From positions 83,452,001 to 83,516,000 of the forward strand of contig OX597817.1 of assembly GCA_951406725.2 (NCBI GenBank): DNA of 64,000 nt. Reading direction: 5' to 3'. Within the stretch, counting starts at the first letter, position 1. Each line of letters starts with the position of its first letter. Made by a program: the position numbers and the translations under genes. The stretch comes from Octopus vulgaris (Eukaryota). A model generated the notes under the pieces. The model searched no databases and was not told the origin of the DNA. It saw only the letters and a program-made list of their open reading frames with translations. Shown piece after piece: positions 58,406 through 64,000 of the stretch.

Positions 58406-58849
58406 TTATCCGACGAACTAAGGAACCTACAGAAAGAGACATACCACCTATATTGTTATATATGTGTGTGCATGAGTGTATATTTATATATGTGTGCACA
58501 GACACATACACGGTCAGAAAGACATAGACAGACTCAAGTACTCGCTCTCTCTCACATACACACACAATGCATCCGTTTTTTTCTGTTCTTCTCTAAATGG
58601 ATTCAGGCATCGGATTACATTGTCTATTCAATGGTTTTACTCAGAGATATCGACATCGGTGTTTGTTAACTACTTATTTCATGAAATCTGGTGGAGGGGA
58701 AGAACAATCGACCAGGCCTAAATGGAGATAACCAAGACAGTTTACCACAAAATATATTTACTAAAGAGAGCGAGATTTTGCCATCCCATACTTATACACG
58801 CATTCAAATATAGACAAACATACACATAAAGTGCATGAGTGAGTATATA

Positions 58850-59020
58850 GGCGCAGAAGTTGGTGTGTGGTAAGAAGCTTGCTTACCAACCACATGGTTT
58901 CGGGTTCAGTCCCATTGCGAGGCACCTTCGGCCAGTGTCTCCTACTATAACCTTGGGCCGACCAAAGCCTTTTGAGTGGATTTGGTAGACGGATACAGAA
59001 AGAAGCCCGTCGTAAATATA

Positions 59021-59085
<65 letters not shown>

Positions 59086-59280
59086 ATCTGCATGTGTGTC
59101 TGTGTTTGTCCACCAACCATCGCTTAACAACCGATTTTGGTGTGTTTACGTTCCCGTAACTTAGTGGTTCGGCAAAAGAATATGGTTACAAAGAATAAGT
59201 CCTGGGGTCGATTTGTTCGACTAAAAGCGGTGCTCCAGCATGGCTGCAGTCACATGACTGAAGCAAGTAAAATAATAAAA
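58850..59280 (+). mobile_element. Full-length family A SINE
   Basis: Homologous to the reverse complement of 5284-5691. Confidence 0.9.
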
Positions 59281-59283
59281 CAA

Positions 59284-59353
<70 letters not shown>

Positions 59354-59426
59354 ATGGCTAAAATACTACGAATACAAGGTAAAAGAAATCCACAAGCGGA
59401 TTGTAAAAGAAAAGTAGAACGGAAAG

Positions 59427-59464
59427 TCTTTTATTTTCGGAGCGCGCACTCTTCTACAGAAAGA
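59427..59464 (-). ncRNA. Hammerhead-like motif, core CUGUAGA
   Basis: On - strand TCTTT-CTGTAGA-A-GAG tgcgcg CTC-C-GAAA-ATA-AAAGA; 5-bp stem I. Confidence 0.5.
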
Positions 59465-59662
59465 AAGGGCGAGAAGGGTAAAAAAGGGGAGAGAAAAATG
59501 TCTCAATTAGACAGTCACTCAAATACATATACATACGTACATGCATACATACATAAATACATACATACATACATACATACATACATACATACATACATAC
59601 ATACATACATACATACATACATACGTACATACATACGTAAAAAATACCCTGTTGTTGACGTT

Positions 59663-59712
59663 GAAATTCCAATGAAGGTGCCTTGGATTGAGGTTAGAAA
59701 CCGGCTCATTAT
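59663..59712 (+). ncRNA. Degenerate hammerhead-like motif (CCAAUGA) in a ~110-nt insert within (CATA)n
   Basis: aatt-CCAATGA-agg tgccttggattgaggt ta-GAAA-CCGG-CTC-att; palindromic CCGG; core G5 lost. Confidence 0.35.
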
Positions 59713-59862
59713 TGGCAAGAAATTTTGAAATAAAACTGAATAATGACATACATGCATGCATGTATGCATATATGCATGCATGTATGCATATATGCATGTA
59801 TATATGCATATATGCATGCATGTATGCATATATGCATGCATATCGTTCATGCATACATACAT

Positions 59863-59918
<56 letters not shown>

Positions 59919-60091
59919 GTATGCATGAACGATATGCATGCATATATGCATACATGTGTGTGTGTATGTATGTATTTATATGTGTGTGTGCGTGCGTGTG
60001 TATACATATATATGTATATATATATATACATATATATGTATACACACACACGCACACACACATATAAATACATACATACATACACACACAT

Positions 60092-60165
<74 letters not shown>

Positions 60166-60254
60166 AAACATAATTTATAGAAAAGCAAAAGACGAAGACA
60201 GGTGTATGAACGACAAGCAAGTGTATTACTTTGAAACTCAGGAAAATGAAAAAG

Positions 60255-60292
60255 TCTTCTATATTTCAAGCCTACGCTCTTCAACAGAAAGA
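60255..60292 (-). ncRNA. Hammerhead-like motif, core CUGUUGA, in a ~185-nt unit (60168-60352) between microsatellites
   Basis: On - strand TCTTT-CTGTTGA-A-GAGC gtag GCTT-GAAA-TATA-GAAGA. Confidence 0.55.
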
Positions 60293-60347
60293 AATAAGAG
60301 AAAATAAACAGAGAATGAAAAAAGCTTGTATATTTCAGCGGTCCACC

Positions 60348-60421
<74 letters not shown>

Positions 60422-60689
60422 TATGTATGTATGTATGTATGTATGTATGTATGTATGTATGTATATGCATATATACACACACTACAGAAGTTACGCTGTT
60501 TCCCTGTATGGCCATCACTTGAGAAGTTGAATATTTCTTGGAAGTTACCACAGAACCCTTAAAGAAGAGATAACCGCTGGCAACAAGACTGCTTGCTTGT
60601 TATAGGATTAGGCAAGCTGCATTGTATAGATAACCTTTTCTAGATGTTACCATCTGATTAACAGATGAGCGACGCTATCTCTAGAAATA

Positions 60690-61560
60690 ACTTCTCACTC
60701 ATGCAAGACACTGCCAATTTTCTCCATGTCCATAGTTTAGGAAAGAAGCAACCAATACCCCAAACTAGAAATTGCATACTTCCTGATAATCGAAGTGGAA
60801 TTGCAAAAGTTCCCGAATGTGCCAATAATTCTTGCTATAGCACGGAAAGTCTTGAAACAAAGAATGAAAAAAAAAAACAGAAACTTAAAGGCTTTCTTGG
60901 ATATTTTGTTCAAAATATTCGTACTGAATATTTTGAATATATTCTGCCTGAATATTTTACACAATTTGTCTCACTCAATTCCTGAGAGACCAATGCCAGT
61001 CCCTCAGTGTATCGAGTGATGATCAGGCTGTGAAAAAGAAATGACTGAATATATTCCGAAAAGTTTTTAACGAATAATGTCAAGCTGCCTGAAATGAATG
61101 GAAACGAAAATTTGTGAGTGTGATATGACTGTAGAAAGGCGTTTGATTATCAGTTCATACCTACGGAAATCATTGCATTTGACAAAAGCACCTTCGACCT
61201 TAATCAAGAAAATCTTAGTCAAGATCCCTCTACTTTGTGACTGAAACCAAAAAGATAGTACCCACTGTTATGTCTTTCGGAGGGACTATTATAAGGGAAA
61301 AGACGGTCTGTTCCTTTGTATGTTTTAGTAATATATCTAGTGTCATTCCTTTTATAAGCAACCATGGATTATGTGCTATCTACTGCAGCAGGTGACACTA
61401 AAGTAATATATCAATTCTTTTGTGGGTGATCTAAAGGCCTACTTGGAAATAAAATAGAAATGCCACTGACAACTGAATTCAATCATATTTTCAGCGGATA
61501 CAGGAATAGGATTTGACAGAAACGAATATAAACATTTATTAGCTTAATGCGAAAATACTA
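60690..61560 (+). pseudogene. Highly decayed non-LTR reverse transcriptase remnants (R4/Dong-like), probably two pieces
   Basis: Fragments ILPDNRSGIAK...KNRNLKAFLD; DCRKAFD (cf. DY.KAFD); GLL*G (cf. GI.QGD); FVGDLKAY (cf. FVDDLK.Y); FS.DTGI.F. Confidence 0.6.
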
Positions 61561-61872
61561 TTTCCTCAACCAAGAACTTTTGTATCAATGAAGGACAACG
61601 CTCTGACCCTGTCAACTATGTTTCTATCACACTCCATTCTAATTTCTCAAATGTAAGCAAGTCAGCCATTAACAATGACGTTCCTCAACTACTTTGAATA
61701 TCATTCTCCTAAATGACTACCGGTAGGGAAGCTGTAAGTCCAGATCTAATGAAGACCGACATTTTATGTCATTCAAAATTGTGATAACGTCAAAGATAAC
61801 TTCGTTATCAGAAGCACTGAAAATAGAAACCATGTAATGAATGACTAGGTAATGTATACTATACATTTGCTA

Positions 61873-62325
61873 ATCGCTTGACAACCGATTTTGGTGTGTT
61901 TACGTCCCCGTAACTTAGTGGTTCGGCAAAAAAGCAACCAACTAGGGTTACAAAGAATAAGTCCTGGGTTCGATTTCTTCGACTAAAAATGGTGCTGCAG
62001 CATGGCCGCAGTCAAATGACTGAAGGAAATATATATATGGCGCATGGATAAAATACTACGAAGACAAGGTTAAAGAAATCCACCAGTAGAGTGTAACAGA
62101 ACGAAAAGTCTTTTATTTTCGGAGCGCACACTCTTCTACAGAAAGAAAGGGCGAGAAGAGAAAAAAAGGAAAGAGAAAAATGTCTCAATTAGACAGTCGC
62201 TCACATACATATACATACGTACATGCATATATACATACATATACACATATATAGCCTTGGGCCGACCAAAGCCTTGTGAGTGGATTTGGTAGACGGATAC
62301 AGAAAGAAGCCCGTCGTAAATATAT
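61873..62325 (+). repeat. Permuted local copy of 58950-59550
   Basis: 61873-62230 matches 59120-59550; 62252-62325 matches 58950-59020, including the diagnostic ggatacagaaagaagc variant. Confidence 0.85.
62109..62146 (-). ncRNA. Hammerhead-like motif (copy of 59427-59464)
   Basis: On - strand TCTTT-CTGTAGA-A-GAG tgtgcg CTC-C-GAAA-ATA-AAAGA. Confidence 0.5.
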
Positions 62326-63344
62326 ATATTTACTAATTGTTTTAGATGCCTATGTTGTTAAGAGCAAGCACATGCATCCACTAGGTTCTCTCATTCTTAA
62401 GCCAATGGACTATCTAGGATGCAACATATGGAAAAGAGAAGGTTGTGCCCGATTGAGACTCATTTCAATTGAGTACATTGTATTAACTTCGGCACCCACT
62501 CCGGGAAGAGAAACCATGATCTTATGATCGAGGAGGCCCAACACTATAGCTACATACGTATTTTATCACTAACTCGTATAGTTATGCAGCTCTATATTCA
62601 TATAAAGTTGTAGAACCAACAGAGTGCTATTTTGATCAAACTTAAGATGAACTTATGGCGTCTGTTTCGTGTAACCACCTATGTCTCGCTTCACTAAAAA
62701 CTAGATTTGTTGTTGTTTTTTATTTCTTGTAAAACAATAACATGTTAAAGCATGGTGTATGTTTAAAATGTGTTTAAGAAAAGCCTATGCTGTCAATTTA
62801 GCTTATATCTTTCGTTAATGTATTTCATTTAGTCACTATCATTTTATGCTGGCGTTTAATTACATTTTGTAGGAAAATGAAGAATCTTACTCTATTTCAT
62901 CAATTTTTATTATATTTTCGTATTTCAAAAATTTTGTTAAAGCGTGATATTGCATGATTTGAATAACTAGAAAAACTCATATTCGAGATCATAAAATACT
63001 ATGAATTATTCATATTATTTCCACTGTTTGCAGTATGGATATGTATATTAAATTTAACTTTGATTTTAACTGAAATCTATTTCTTGAAATACAAACTAAA
63101 TATTCTGTCATTACATACAAATGTTTTAAATCACATTAAAAGTAGAGTAAAATCTTTTACCTCTAACTTGTTTTGTTAGTTTCATCAGTAAAACTGTATG
63201 TTAATGATTGTACAAACAATCGATAAAGATTCATAAAGATTCATATTTCGGTTCTAATACCATCCTGGAAGTAGCAATCGGTATTTAAACATTTGATAGC
63301 TTTCTGAAATAAAATTATGGATGGAAAATATTTTTTGTTACTAC

Positions 63345-63550
<206 letters not shown>

Positions 63551-64000
63551 GTTGATTCGTTTGCATAAAGGAGTATATGGATTTTCCCACAAAATTTTAA
63601 TGCGACTGATTTTCTATATTTTTATTATGAGATAATTCACAGGGTATAAAATGGATATATTTATATTTAATTTGATACCCTTTTAGGTTATATATCTGTT
63701 TTATGGTTCTCTAATGATTGAAGCAATATGTATATTTACTTTCAACAAAAAGAGACTTAGAAATTTTAGATCCAGAAACAAGAACTTCAATAGACGTTCG
63801 TGTGTGTGTGTGCGTATGCGTGTGCGCCTGAGTGTATGTGTGTATGTGTGTATGTGTATGTGAATTTTTTTTTTCGGTAAATGAAGGGATCAATATCTTT
63901 AATCCGTTAATTGCAAAGTGCTAATATCCGATATATAACGGGCAGCAACATATGCTGTTCATCTAAATTCAATTATTTTTCTATATATATCATGTACTCA

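Noticed and set aside
58308-58436. ~35-bp duplication around (CA)n containing CCGACGA...GAAA
   Set aside because: No stem II; best explained as a slippage duplication, like 55860-55975 and 14962-15090 vs 15607-15745.

Overview
AT-rich eukaryotic repeat-dense DNA with no supportable intact host gene. The microsatellite load ((TA)n, (CA)n, (CATA)n, (GATA)n, (TAA)n) and the tRNA-derived SINE families resemble a cephalopod (Octopus-like) genome; that assignment is an inference. Nearly all ORF-track entries are microsatellite read-throughs. The real coding signal comes from decayed transposons: Penelope-like elements (PLE), RTE and R4/Dong non-LTR retrotransposons, Tc1, mariner, two pogo/Tigger copies and non-autonomous Helitrons. 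The most striking content is a set of at least eight minimal type-I hammerhead ribozyme (HHR) motifs with different catalytic-core variants (CUGAAGA, CCGACGA, CCGCAGA, CUGUUGA, CUGUAGA, CCAAUGA), most in short non-coding units inserted into microsatellites. One ~365-nt HHR unit (16.05-16.40 kb) has its end-to-start junction preserved at two other places (15.9 and 44.5 kb), as expected for a circular or tandem retrozyme-like RNA. The window also has many fold-back palindromes and locally templated or permuted duplications anchored at microsatellites. All calls were made by eye; no alignment, folding or database search was run.
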